NCBI RefSeq assembly: GCF_006345805.1
Contig: NC_043019.1
Span: 26,969,360-27,033,359, forward strand
Reading direction: 5' to 3'
Length of the DNA: 64,000 nt
DNA from: Octopus sinensis
Taxonomy: Eukaryota
Shown here: piece by piece, positions 53,121 to 64,000 of the stretch
Layout of the letters: every line of letters starts with the position of its first letter
Numbering within the stretch: the first letter of the stretch is position 1
Position numbers and translations under genes: made by a program
Notes under the pieces: generated by a model
Databases searched by the model: none
Told to the model about the DNA's origin: nothing
What the model saw: only the letters and a program-made list of their open reading frames with translations

Positions 53121-53194
53121 TAGCCGGTGATTGTCACGCGCTGATGACGGGTTACTACTCAGAAACCCGGGTCTGTGTGTATCTTGTCAGGCTG
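53121..53194 (+). ncRNA. Candidate type I hammerhead ribozyme motif
   Basis: Helix I CACGCG/UGUGUG; core CUGAUGA; stem II GGGU-UACU-ACUC closed by a C.A mismatch; GAAA; palindromic ACCCGGGU helix III; GUC cleavage triplet. Confidence 0.6.
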
Positions 53195-53384
53195 GAGATT
53201 GGAACGATGATTTCCTTTTGCAAATACTGATAGGGCACGGACAGTGTGCCATTAGCCAGCTGGCGGAGATGTCTTCCTGGGGCTATAAAATACAGTAGCA
53301 TCGTCCCATATGCATCAGCCACATTTAGGTGGCAAATATATATTGCAAATATATATTGCCTATTGTTTCCGGTATAAATTAATA

Positions 53385-53713
53385 CTAGTGCATGCATATA
53401 CAGCTGCGTGCGTGCGCATATACACGCGAGTACTGTCCAAATATCCGACCAATCACATACAGTTAGCTGGCATTCAATTGGAGTATCAAGTTTCGGGCAT
53501 TTTGATTGGGTTTTAGATAGAAAATTCAGAAAAAAGTCACTTCTATTGATTGTTTAATGGCTTTGCGGGATGACTGGGGAAATGTAAAGATGTGCACGAT
53601 CACCCTTGGACGGTTTTGAATGACCATAGAAAGTGCGAGCCCTCTAACTGAAAAATTGTAGACTTGTATAAAGGACACTCATACAAACATTTTGCCGTTT
53701 ATATATACAGAGA
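53385..53713 (-). mobile_element. Helitron-like non-autonomous element
   Basis: Minus strand starts A|TCTCTGTATATATAAACGGC and ends GCATGCACTAG|T with GC-rich palindromic sequence just upstream. Confidence 0.55.
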
Positions 53714-54166
53714 TTACTAAGAAATATTACCGGTCCCTGGCAAATTGGAAAAACAAAACTGCCAGTTTGAGAAGCATTGGTATACAGTATATTTAGCAAG
53801 ATGAGCAGGATAAATTACTTTAGTGTATGGTTTTGACGTGTTTAGTATAATCATTTTATCATTTGATAGTATTTCTACGCTCTATAATTCTCTCTCCCCA
53901 CTGTCTCTGTCTGTCTGTCTCATCGTATTCTACTTGGCAGACGATTATTCCGCCATTGCTTGTTGAACAACCTGTACAGATGATTTATTTATCGTCATCA
54001 TGTGTTTGTGTTCATTATCTTCATCAGACCGACGTTGCCAAATGTCGTAGCGATCGCAGAGCAACGGGAAATAAAGTGTTTTGCTCAACAACACAGCGTA
54101 TCGTTCGGTCCTGGAATCGAAACCACAACCTCATGATCGTGATTACAATCGCTCTAACTACTTAGC

Positions 54167-54200
<34 letters not shown>

Positions 54201-54479
54201 GATATAGGCATATGTGTGTGTGTGTGTGTGTGTGTAAAATGTATGTGTGTATGTGAGTAAACGACAACATATCAGAGTGTATGAGAAATGAATATATTTA
54301 TTTAACAACATGACATCCTTAGGCTTACGGCTGTTTCGCAGTCTTCTTCACGCTGCATTGCACTTCTCTGTTTTGGATTACTCTGTTGTCAGATAGCTGA
54401 GTCCGTTAGAGGAGCTTTCTGTGATTCTCTGAATCCATATCTTGTATACCATTATATAAATCCATCGACAAAACTACAC

Positions 54480-54483
54480 ATAC

Positions 54484-54534
<51 letters not shown>

Positions 54535-54550
54535 CGTGTGTGTGTGTGTG

Positions 54551-54611
<61 letters not shown>

Positions 54612-56300
54612 CGTGCATATGTGTCAGATGGGCGTGTGCATGTATGATGTCATATTCCTGTTTTTACAAGTTAGTAAATAAGCGAAATAGATTTAATCTG
54701 CTTTGAATTAGAAATAATACGAGTTGTCATTTTTGTTTGAAGTATCCCGCTTTTAATAACAAAAGATGGTGGCATCTGTGGTGCGATATTCTGGTGCAAT
54801 GACATGCAGCTTGTACAGCAGACATGTCGCCACAGTGCATATGACAACACCGCTGCAGTTCGTTTATTTCGCGTTTAAAGAGAAAATTGGGTATTTTTTA
54901 GTAATATTTTTTCGCCATATTTTTTCTGTCTTCTGTCCTGTTTCTTGCTACTGTATATGTGTGTTTATGTGTGGGTGTATGTGTATGTGTGTGTCTGTGT
55001 ATATGTGTGTGTGTGTATATGTATATGTGTGTGTCTGTGTATATGTGTGTATATATATGTGTATGCGTATGTATGTGAATGTGTGCGGATGTATGTATGT
55101 GTGTGTGTGTGTGTATGAGTGTATGTGTTTATGCGTATGTATGTGAATGTGTGCGGATGTATGTATGTGTGTGCGTGTGTGTGTGTGTGTATGAGTGTAT
55201 GTGTTTATGCGTACGTATGTGAGTGGGGGCGTATATATCCGTGTATATATGTATATGTGTGTGTGTCTGTATATGTGTGTGTATATGCGTGTGTCTGTGT
55301 ATATGTATGTATGTGTATCTGTGTATATGTGTGTATGTATGTGTTTATGCATGCGCATATGTGTATGTGTGTGTCTGTGTATATATATGTGTGTGTGTGT
55401 CTGTGTATACGTATGTGTGTGTGTGTCTGTGTATATGTATGCGTGTATATGTGTGTATATCCGTGTTTTTGTATGTCTGGGTGCGTATGCACGTGTTTGT
55501 GTACGCGTGTATGAACGTGCGTGTGCGTATATTGATATGTGTAAATGTGTATGCGTGTATGTGCGCATATGTGTGTGCATGTGTGCATGAGTGTATGTGC
55601 GTATATGAGTGTATGCGTCTGCGCGTATGTATGTATGTATGTATGTATGTATGTATGTATGTATGTATGTATGTATGTATGTATGTGTATATGTGTGTAT
55701 GTGCGTATGTGTGGGTGGAGAATGGAAAGATCAGCCTAAAATATCACATGCCTTGTAGAATAGGACATCAAATACGACGCCCGCCCCCTCCGTCACGCCG
55801 GCCATTCTGATGGTGTCGCAGAGAATCTGGTGTTCCTTGGAAGTCAGCCTCCCTTTGCCAAAGTAATCATCGCCTGGTGTTAAATGTGATTTCCACACAA
55901 ACACATACAGGCACTGAAAGAGCCCTTGTTCTCGACCGTACGTCCCACCACCACTACCACCACCACCACCACTACCACCACCACCACCACCGCCACCGCC
56001 GCCGACGCTGCTGCCGCCGCCACCACCACTACCATCACCACCACCACCACCACCACCACCGCCACCACCACCACCAGCACTACCAGCGCCACCAGCACTA
56101 CCAGCGCCACCAGCGCCACCAGCACCACCAACATCACCAGCACCAGCATCACCACCACCACCAGCACAATCACACCCCCTCCCCGCCACCGCCACCGCCG
56201 CCGCCGCCGCCACCACCACCACCACCACCACCACCACCACCCTCACCACCACCCTCACCACCACCACCAGAAACCGTCGTCGTCGTCGCCGCATTACCAC
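54480..56300. repeat. Microsatellite block: (GT)n, (GTAT)n, (CAC)/(CGC)n
   Basis: Direct reading. Comparable (TA)n/(CA)n/(CT)n tracts occur throughout, e.g. 1-250, 1230-1980, 3930-4900, 16030-16460, 61620-62305. Confidence 0.97.
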
Positions 56301-56489
56301 CAACAACATGCATTCTTTTGCATCCGTCGTACCATTTTTTTTTTGCCCTCGCTATAAACTTGCAATACGACCATCAACACAATCACCACCTCTGTCACCG
56401 TCAACGCCACCGCCATCTCTGTCACCGTCAACACCATCGCCACATCTGTCATTCACCATCGTCACCAGTACCTATTTCTTTATTACCCA

Positions 56490-56705
56490 CAAGTGGCTAA
56501 ACACAGAGGGGACAAACAAAGACAGACATAGGTATTAAGTCGATTACATCGATTCCAGTGCGTAACTGTTACTTTAATTTATCGACCCCGAAAGGGTGAA
56601 AGGCAAAGTCGACCTCGGCGGAATTTGAACTCACAACGTAACGGCAGCCGAAATAACGCTAAGCATTTCGCCCGACGTGCTAACGATTCTGCCAGCTCGC
56701 CACCA
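56490..56705 (-). mobile_element. SINE family B, long-tail
   Basis: Homology with 37130-37358. Further B copies or fragments at ~13165-13310, 18646-18765, 25345-25532, 29785-29960, 33330-33420, 33890-34000, 41170-41450, 44370-44790 and 60167-60362. Confidence 0.85.
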
Positions 56706-59134
56706 ATACCGATTCACCACCCTCACTACTAGCACCACCAGTGCCACCAAACAGCGGAGGAAAGTCTACGTAATCGGTCCATCTGCAAGACAAAAGCAGA
56801 CAAATCTCCCTCAAATCACACCCTGTCGTCTGTTATTCAATAAACCTTTGTAAAATATGAACCTTCCATGTTCTGTGTAACGAAGGATCTATATCAAAGT
56901 TAACGACCAAAATAAGTCTTCTTAATTCCAAAAAAGCGGTTCGTCAAGAGAGGCCGATAGAAATAGTATCAGGTTTAAAAAACAAAATGAACAAAATGGA
57001 GTCGATATTTGTTCGACTCAAACTTTTCCAAGGCAGAGTCCCAGCATGGTCGCAGTCTAACGAGTGAAACAAGCAAAGGAATAAAAGAACCACCACCACC
57101 ACCCCACTATCCCTATCATCACCGCCACCACCACCATCCCTATCCCCACCGCCGCCGCCACCACCATCCCTATCACCACCATACCTATAACCACCACCAC
57201 TATCTCTATCACCACCGCCACCACCACCATCCCTATAACCACCACCGCCCCGCCACCACCACCATCTCTATCACCACCGCCACCGCCACCGTCACCACCA
57301 CCATGAAGTCAACAAAGGAACTTCAATGAGGTCACCAAGCCTGCTAGAAACACCGGTCAAATGCCCCTCAATTAACACTCCAGCCTTTTAAAGAATTCAA
57401 ACCATGCATTGGGTGATATAGTTCTTGATTAGGAGGTCGAAGGCCAAACCACAACCCTAACCACGCCAAATATACGCACACACACGTAATGAAGTGGTTA
57501 TGTGTGTGTGTCTGAGTGTGTGTGGTTCAGTATTAAATGTTAACAGTACGAGTTACTTCCCCTTCTTGCTTCTTTCTCTTTTTTTTCTCCTTTTTTATGG
57601 ACCTTGTTTCTTTTCATTCATAACACAAGTTCGATGTTTTCGTAAGTGGCTGCTAGAAAGAGGTGTGCTGTTTGAATTGAGTTGTGAAGTCCGCAAAGTA
57701 AACCGCTGCCATCGGGCGATCTGTTCAAACGGCTTCCTCCACTACTCCCTGCTTAAGATCTTCTCCAATCATCTTAAACTCTCTTCCTCCTACTGCTTCT
57801 TTTTTTCTTCTTCGTCTTCTCACAGTAAGAGGTAACATATTGCGGGTGGGTTGGTGAGGAGACGGTGAGAGGTGGGGGGGGGCGAAGGGGTCTTATTGTG
57901 GTTGTTAGACAAGTTTAGCCATGCGTGACGTTTCCCCTCCTTTCACTGTTAGCTGGAACGGCAAAGAAGAAATCACCGACTCCAACACCACCGGTAACAG
58001 CAGCAGCAGCAGCACCACCACCACCACCACCATATATAAAGTAATTCCCTTACGTTAGTACAGAAAGGTGGTGGTGATAGTGGTGGTGCTGCTGCTGTTG
58101 CCGGTGGTGTTGGAGTTGGTGAGTTCTCATATATATATACATACATATATATATATATGTATATATATAATTATAAATTAGATTATCTACGAGATACCAC
58201 CATGCTGAAATTAGCAGCCATGATCTGATTTTAAAACCACCTAAATTGTCCATATATCAACACGGAGAAACAACAAAGAGACAAGATGAAACTAGTAAAA
58301 AATTACTGGATAATTCTAGATCCGTATATATATATATATATCCTCCATTTTTCTTCTGATAATCCGGTAGAGCTGACTTGTGGATCACTGCTGCATCAGC
58401 CAGATTCTTTTCAATCTTGTGTTTAAAACTTCTTCCCATTCTTGTTGATGTGAATATTGTAGTAATAGAAGAATTAGAATCAGTTGTTGCTGTTGTTGTT
58501 CTCATTGTTGTTGTAATAGTGGTGTTGTTGTTGGTGGTGGTGGTTGCGATGAGGTTGTTAGCGGTGTTGATTTCCATAGTAATATTTTTTTTTTTGATAA
58601 GCCTAGGTCTGACATGACGAAGCGAACTCGTCATCAAAGATATTCTTTTCAGTGGCCGACTTAGAAGTTATCTTCTCCTAAAGCGTCCCACCAAACTATC
58701 CATGAGTTGTCAGACGACACACAAATACGCAGCGGCGGCGCTTGAAATGATGAAGCGCTTTGTCGTTAGTCAACAGCCAACTATGCAAGGCTTTTCATCG
58801 TCAGCGTTTTATTGCATTTCATGGTTTCATGTTGTCCGCATCGTCAGCACATACGCACACACGTGTATATAAGTGTGTGTATACATGTGTATATCTGTAT
58901 ATATATGTGTATATGAGTGCGTGTATACATGTGTATACATGTGTATATGTGTGCATGTGTACATGTGTATATATGTGTATATATGAGTATACATGTGTAT
59001 ATGAGGGCATATATGCATGTGTATATATGTGTATATATGCGTATACATGTGTATATGAGTGCGAGTATACATGTGTATATATGTGTATATATGTGTATAC
59101 ATGTGTGCGCCTGTATATAGATTATTTTACTAAT

Positions 59135-59341
59135 TGCATTAATTTGACTGCAGCAATGCTGGAGCACCGCCTTAAAGGGTTTTAGTCGAAGAAATCGACC
59201 TCAGGTCTTATTCTTTGTAAGCTTAGTACTTATCCTATCGTTCTCTTTTTGCTGAACCACTAAGTTACGGGGGACACAAACACACCAGCATCGGTTGTCA
59301 AACGATGGTGGGGAGTGGGGGACAAACGCCGACACACATGG

Positions 59342-59378
<37 letters not shown>

Positions 59379-59455
59379 CACACACAAGCTTCTTTCAGTT
59401 TCCGCCTACCAAATCCACTCACTTGCCCAAGGTACCATGCAGTAAGACTGAACCC
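59135..59455 (-). mobile_element. SINE family A with internal deletion
   Basis: Homology with 11713-12118. Confidence 0.8.
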
Positions 59456-59649
59456 ATATATATATATATATTATATATATTATATATATATATATATATT
59501 ATATATACATACACATACATATATACAGACACGCGCACAAACACACCACACCACACACTATATATATACAGTCAGATACTTAGGTTTCGGTTAGAATTGG
59601 CCCAGGCCATGACTAACATAACAGCACCAACTGGAGAAAGCATTTAATC

Positions 59650-60075
59650 GTTTTTCAAGTTGCAGACATACTTTACGCACCATTGGCCATGCGAGTAAAA
59701 AGAGTCATGCTTTGCAGGGACATATCCGAGTGTTGGTGGTTTATCTAGAATTTGTTGCCCATAAAACCGCTTGAATGCTATGAGATATCTTTCTTCCCTT
59801 GTATGTCTTGGCATGGTGTTAAAGAGAGCAGGGCCAGTGGAGGTGAAATAGGTGTTTTGATGTAACACGAACGCGAATTTTGTAGATGGCGGATGGCGCG
59901 GGGGACCAAGCCTTGGATGAATTTTGAAGATGACACCATCGTTTGGACAATGCTGTTAGATCATGATTGGTTCTCCGTAGCCAGATATTCCGACAGCGAA
60001 AACGGGAACCTAACGATTTCAGTCAAGTACACGCTTTTACTGCCATGGATCTTCACACTGCTAATTGGGATGTAA
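59650..60075 (-). pseudogene. CR1-like LINE RT C-terminal remnant
   Basis: VIFKIHPRLG..., TYFTSTGPALFNTMPRH...F...DKPPTLGYVP. Confidence 0.7.
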
Positions 60076-60419
60076 TCACTTACGATCTTTTATTAGTTGT
60101 TTGGTCTTTCACATTCTTTCTTACTCTCAAGTAACATTAATACACTCTGCATATTATGGACAATGGAAGGCGGTGAGCTGGCAGAAACGTTAGCACGCCG
60201 GGCGAAATACTTAGCAGTATTTCGTCTGCCGCAACGTTCTGAGTTCAAATTCCACCGAGGTCGACCTTGCCTTTCAGAGTCGATAAATTAATACCAGTCG
60301 AGCTCTGAGATCGATATAATTGATTGAACCTCTCCCGGAACTTCCTGGCCTTGTGCCAAAATGTGGATACAAATTTTATGGACTTTGTTTGTGTGGTTAC
60401 TTAACACTAAGTTCAATGT

Positions 60420-60660
60420 ATTTTGGTTGAATCTTGTTGGCACGAACATCAGCTGGAACAAGAATAATTGTCCATGAAGTTGAAAACTGACTCCACTACT
60501 GCTTTGTCTAGGTTTGAAATGCTCACACCTGTTTTAAAAGTATGAATAAACCAGTCAACATCATTTGGAGAATTGAAATTACCTATCACTGAAATGTTGC
60601 CAGGTCGGCTCTGTTTAATAAAAGACTTCATGTTACTTTTATCATCAAGCATTTAACTGA
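60420..60660 (-). pseudogene. LINE APE-endonuclease remnant
   Basis: ISVIGNFNSPNDVDW resembles the GDFN.P.IDW motif; same strand as, and collinear with, the RT remnant at 59650-60075. Confidence 0.55.
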
Positions 60661-61622
60661 GTAAATGTGTTATTCGGCACCATTTGAAATGTTTCTCTCC
60701 AAACCACGTGACTAGTCATATTCTCACGTGACCCTCCTGTGTATTCTAATTGCCCAGCCCTGCCCCCTATCCTTCTCAGTTCCGACATTGACTTCACCTA
60801 ATCTCTCTTTTTAATTTTTTCTATATAAAGTTTTCATCTTTTTAGGAGGGTTAAGAAATTCTAAGACGCTCAGAGTTTGCGTGACGCCCACCCCTTAGAT
60901 ATTAGCTTGTCTAGACTATCACCTAGCTTGTCTAAGCCCCTAGATATTAGCGCCCGCCTTTGTCACACCCCAAACGATCACCTAGACTGCCAAGGTCCCT
61001 AGATATTAGCGCCCACCCCTGACATACGTTTACCTAGTTTACCTAACATAGATTTTAGCGTCAAAGACGATCACCTAGCCTGTTTAGGCTCCTACACATT
61101 CATGCTTCTCACCCCACACAATTACCCAGTTTGCATGTTTGCATAGGACTTGGCTCAGTCTTAGGGACATCTCTTTACCTTTTTTTCAGTGTTTTTCACA
61201 AGTTTGGCTTGTTTTACAAACCTTTTCCTTTCATGGGAGTATCTTATTTTGTTTTCAATTCCTTCGAGTGGGACTCTTGTGCAGGCTCTTCTTTCAAATC
61301 AACCGTTTGTCTCTTTTTAAGCGATTTTAAAACTTTATTCTTCGTCTCTCGAGAATTTTTCTCCGTGTTAGGTGATGACAATTTTAGGAGCCTTGACCCT
61401 CTTCTCTGTGACACATTTAATGTATATAACCTGTATTGTTGACACACATCACATCAGTATGGTGACACTGTCGTCCCCCACTCCCCCGGGCCAACTAGAC
61501 TTTAGTTTTATTCTAGTTGCAGTAGAAACTGAGCATGACAGAATGGTAAGTGCAGTGTTACAAACTGTTTCGCACGACGCTGTCTTAATTCATCCTGTGT
61601 AGCTACACATATATATGAATAC

Positions 61623-61679
<57 letters not shown>

Positions 61680-61853
61680 ATAGCATATATATTATATATA
61701 ATTATATATATTTAGATAGATAGATACATAAAAACACGCGTATATGCGTAGGTAGCTAGAGTTGTTTTGTTTTGTTGTATGAATAAATAAATAAGTCATA
61801 TATATGTGCGTGTATGTGTGTGTACATATATACATACATCTATATATATATAT

Positions 61854-61920
<67 letters not shown>

Positions 61921-61969
61921 ATATATATATAATATACATATAATATATATATAGATATTATATATATAC

Positions 61970-62047
<78 letters not shown>

Positions 62048-63520
62048 TACATATATATATTTTATATATACATATATCTATATATATATATATATATATA
62101 TAGCTATATATGCGTGAGTATGTTATGTCTTTAAATGTTATTGCTTTACAGACTCTCATCTCTCTCTCTCTCGTCTCTCTCTCTCTCTCTCTCTCTCCTC
62201 TCTCCCTCGCTCTCTCTCCTCTCTCTCTCTCCCCCTCTCTCTCTCCCTCGTCTCTCCCTCGCTCTCTCTCCTCTCTCTCTCTCTCCCCTCTCTCTCTCTC
62301 TCTCAGTACAGATTTGCACATGTTGTAACACACCCTGAAGTTTATTGCTAGTCAACTGCGCAGTTTTACTAATCTCGGTTGTATTTCTTACCTCTTCTTT
62401 CCCCCACCCCCACCCTCTACTCTCGTCCCCCGCCGCCGTCTTTTGCAGCCCACACTGACGCCATATTTCTTTGATAAAAAAAAAACACTCATATCTCATA
62501 CCGATTATAGTTTGCTTATTTCAGTCACTGGACAGTGGCCATGCTGGAGCATTACTTTGAGGGGTTTTCAGTCGAACAAATCGGCTCCAATACCTTTCTT
62601 TTCTAAAACCTGGCACTAATTCTATCTGTCTCTTCTTTAACTGAACCTCTAATTTACGAGAACATAAACAAACCAAGATCGGTCTTCAACCGGTGTTGTT
62701 TTATTTATGTCCTCTTATATCTCGCTATAATGCGCATTATGTTCGTCTGTCTGTCCGCCTGTTCCTTCTTCATGGTCAAACGGCTAGACCAATGGTCAAG
62801 ATGTTTTTCGGGATTAACGAAGGGCTTTAGTGAAAGAAATGTGAAAGGAAAGGATTTAGTGAAAGAAATGCTGATAAGTATGATTATTTAGTGGATATTG
62901 AGTTTTGTATTAATAAATCACCTTTGATTTTATTTTTGTTAAAATTCCGGCCACAAGGATTAACTCTGGATTTCCCCCCTGTATAGTTCATGAATTTAGA
63001 GGGTTTAGAATTGCGATATTATCCCTTTATTTCCCATCGTAGAAGGGCAGATTTGCTATCTTACTATAATGGGCCTTATGTCCGTCTGACCGTTTCTTTG
63101 TCTGTTCCCTCTTAACGGCCAGGTGGCTGGACCAGTGGTTACGGTATTTTTCGGGATTACAAAGACGGTTGTCAGATAATCCATCTTCATCAATCTTCCT
63201 GCCACCCAGTGCTGGATTAACCACGAAACCAAATAAGCACGTGATTAGAACATCAATGGAAGAGCGGGGCCACAGCAATAGTAAATGGTTTACGGCACAA
63301 AAGAAATCACTCTAAAATAATATTCGAAGTGGTGTTCATGGTGTCATAGGGAAGATCTGATCAAGAACTTTCCAGTTGTAACGAGTAGGAGAGGAACTGT
63401 TCAAATATGAATAAAGTGAAAGTATACAAAGATAAACATTATTTCCCATCATACAGTTCAGTTTCATTTTCGAAAATAAATACAGTCCACTACACTCATT
63501 CCTCTCTCATGTTTATCAAT

Positions 63521-63693
63521 GGAGTGGCTGTGTGGTAAGTAGCTTGCTTACCAACTACATGGTTCCGGGTTCAGTCCCACGGCGTGGCACCTTGGGCAAG
63601 TGTCTTGTACTATAGCCACGGGCAGACCAAAGCATTGCGAGTGGATTTGGTTAACAGAAACTGAAAGAATCCCGACGTATATATGTATATGTG

Positions 63694-63758
<65 letters not shown>

Positions 63759-63764
63759 CATTAC

Positions 63765-63809
<45 letters not shown>

Positions 63810-64000
63810 GTGTTTGTGTGTGTGTGTCTGTGTTTGTGTGTCTGTGTTTGTCTTCCCCAACATCGCTTGACAAACGATGCTGGTGTGTTTACGTCCCCGT
63901 AACTTAGCGGTTCGGCAAAAGAGACCGATGGAATAAGTACTAGGCTTACAAAGAATAAGTCCTGGGGTCGATTTGCTCGACTAAAGGCGGCGCTCCAGCA
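63521..64000 (+). mobile_element. SINE family A, runs off the window end
   Basis: GGAGTGGCTGTGTGGTAAGTAGCTTGC head; body homologous to 11713-12118. Confidence 0.9.

Noticed and set aside
58792-58803. Minus-strand CTGACGA-T-GAAA hammerhead-like core
   Set aside because: No room for stem II and no supporting helices.
58651-58872. Possible exon after TTCTTTTCAG with a ~70-codon open frame
   Set aside because: No recognisable domain and no good donor site; the frame runs into microsatellite.

Overview
Repeat-dense, largely non-coding eukaryotic DNA. The mix of abundant tRNA-headed SINEs and huge (TA)n/(CA)n/(TAA)n/(CCAT)n microsatellites resembles octopus (coleoid cephalopod) genomes; that assignment is inference, not a database result. 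There is one 100-N scaffold gap (41951-42050). I cannot support any host protein-coding gene, and most ORF-track entries are translated microsatellites. Supported content: (1) one well-formed tRNA-Val(AAC) gene with a poly-T terminator; (2) a mariner (DD34D) pseudogene with both TIRs, interrupted by an RTE fragment with a 9-bp TSD; (3) an RTE-X fragment with a 12-bp TSD; (4) three R4/Dong-like RLE fragments sitting in (TAA)n arrays; (5) Tx1/L1-like and CR1-group LINE remnants; (6) non-autonomous Helitron-like elements; (7) a MULE-type MITE with a 9-bp TSD; (8) many SINE copies and several minisatellites. The most interesting unexplained structures are a near-canonical type I hammerhead ribozyme fold at 53121-53194, three degenerate Penelope-type hammerhead motifs, a pre-miRNA-like hairpin at 51780-51833, a cluster of fold-back palindromes at 49.4-52.6 kb, one-sided CpG decay in the MITE next to the tRNA gene, and repeated TAA-targeted 'Dong + partner' trains.
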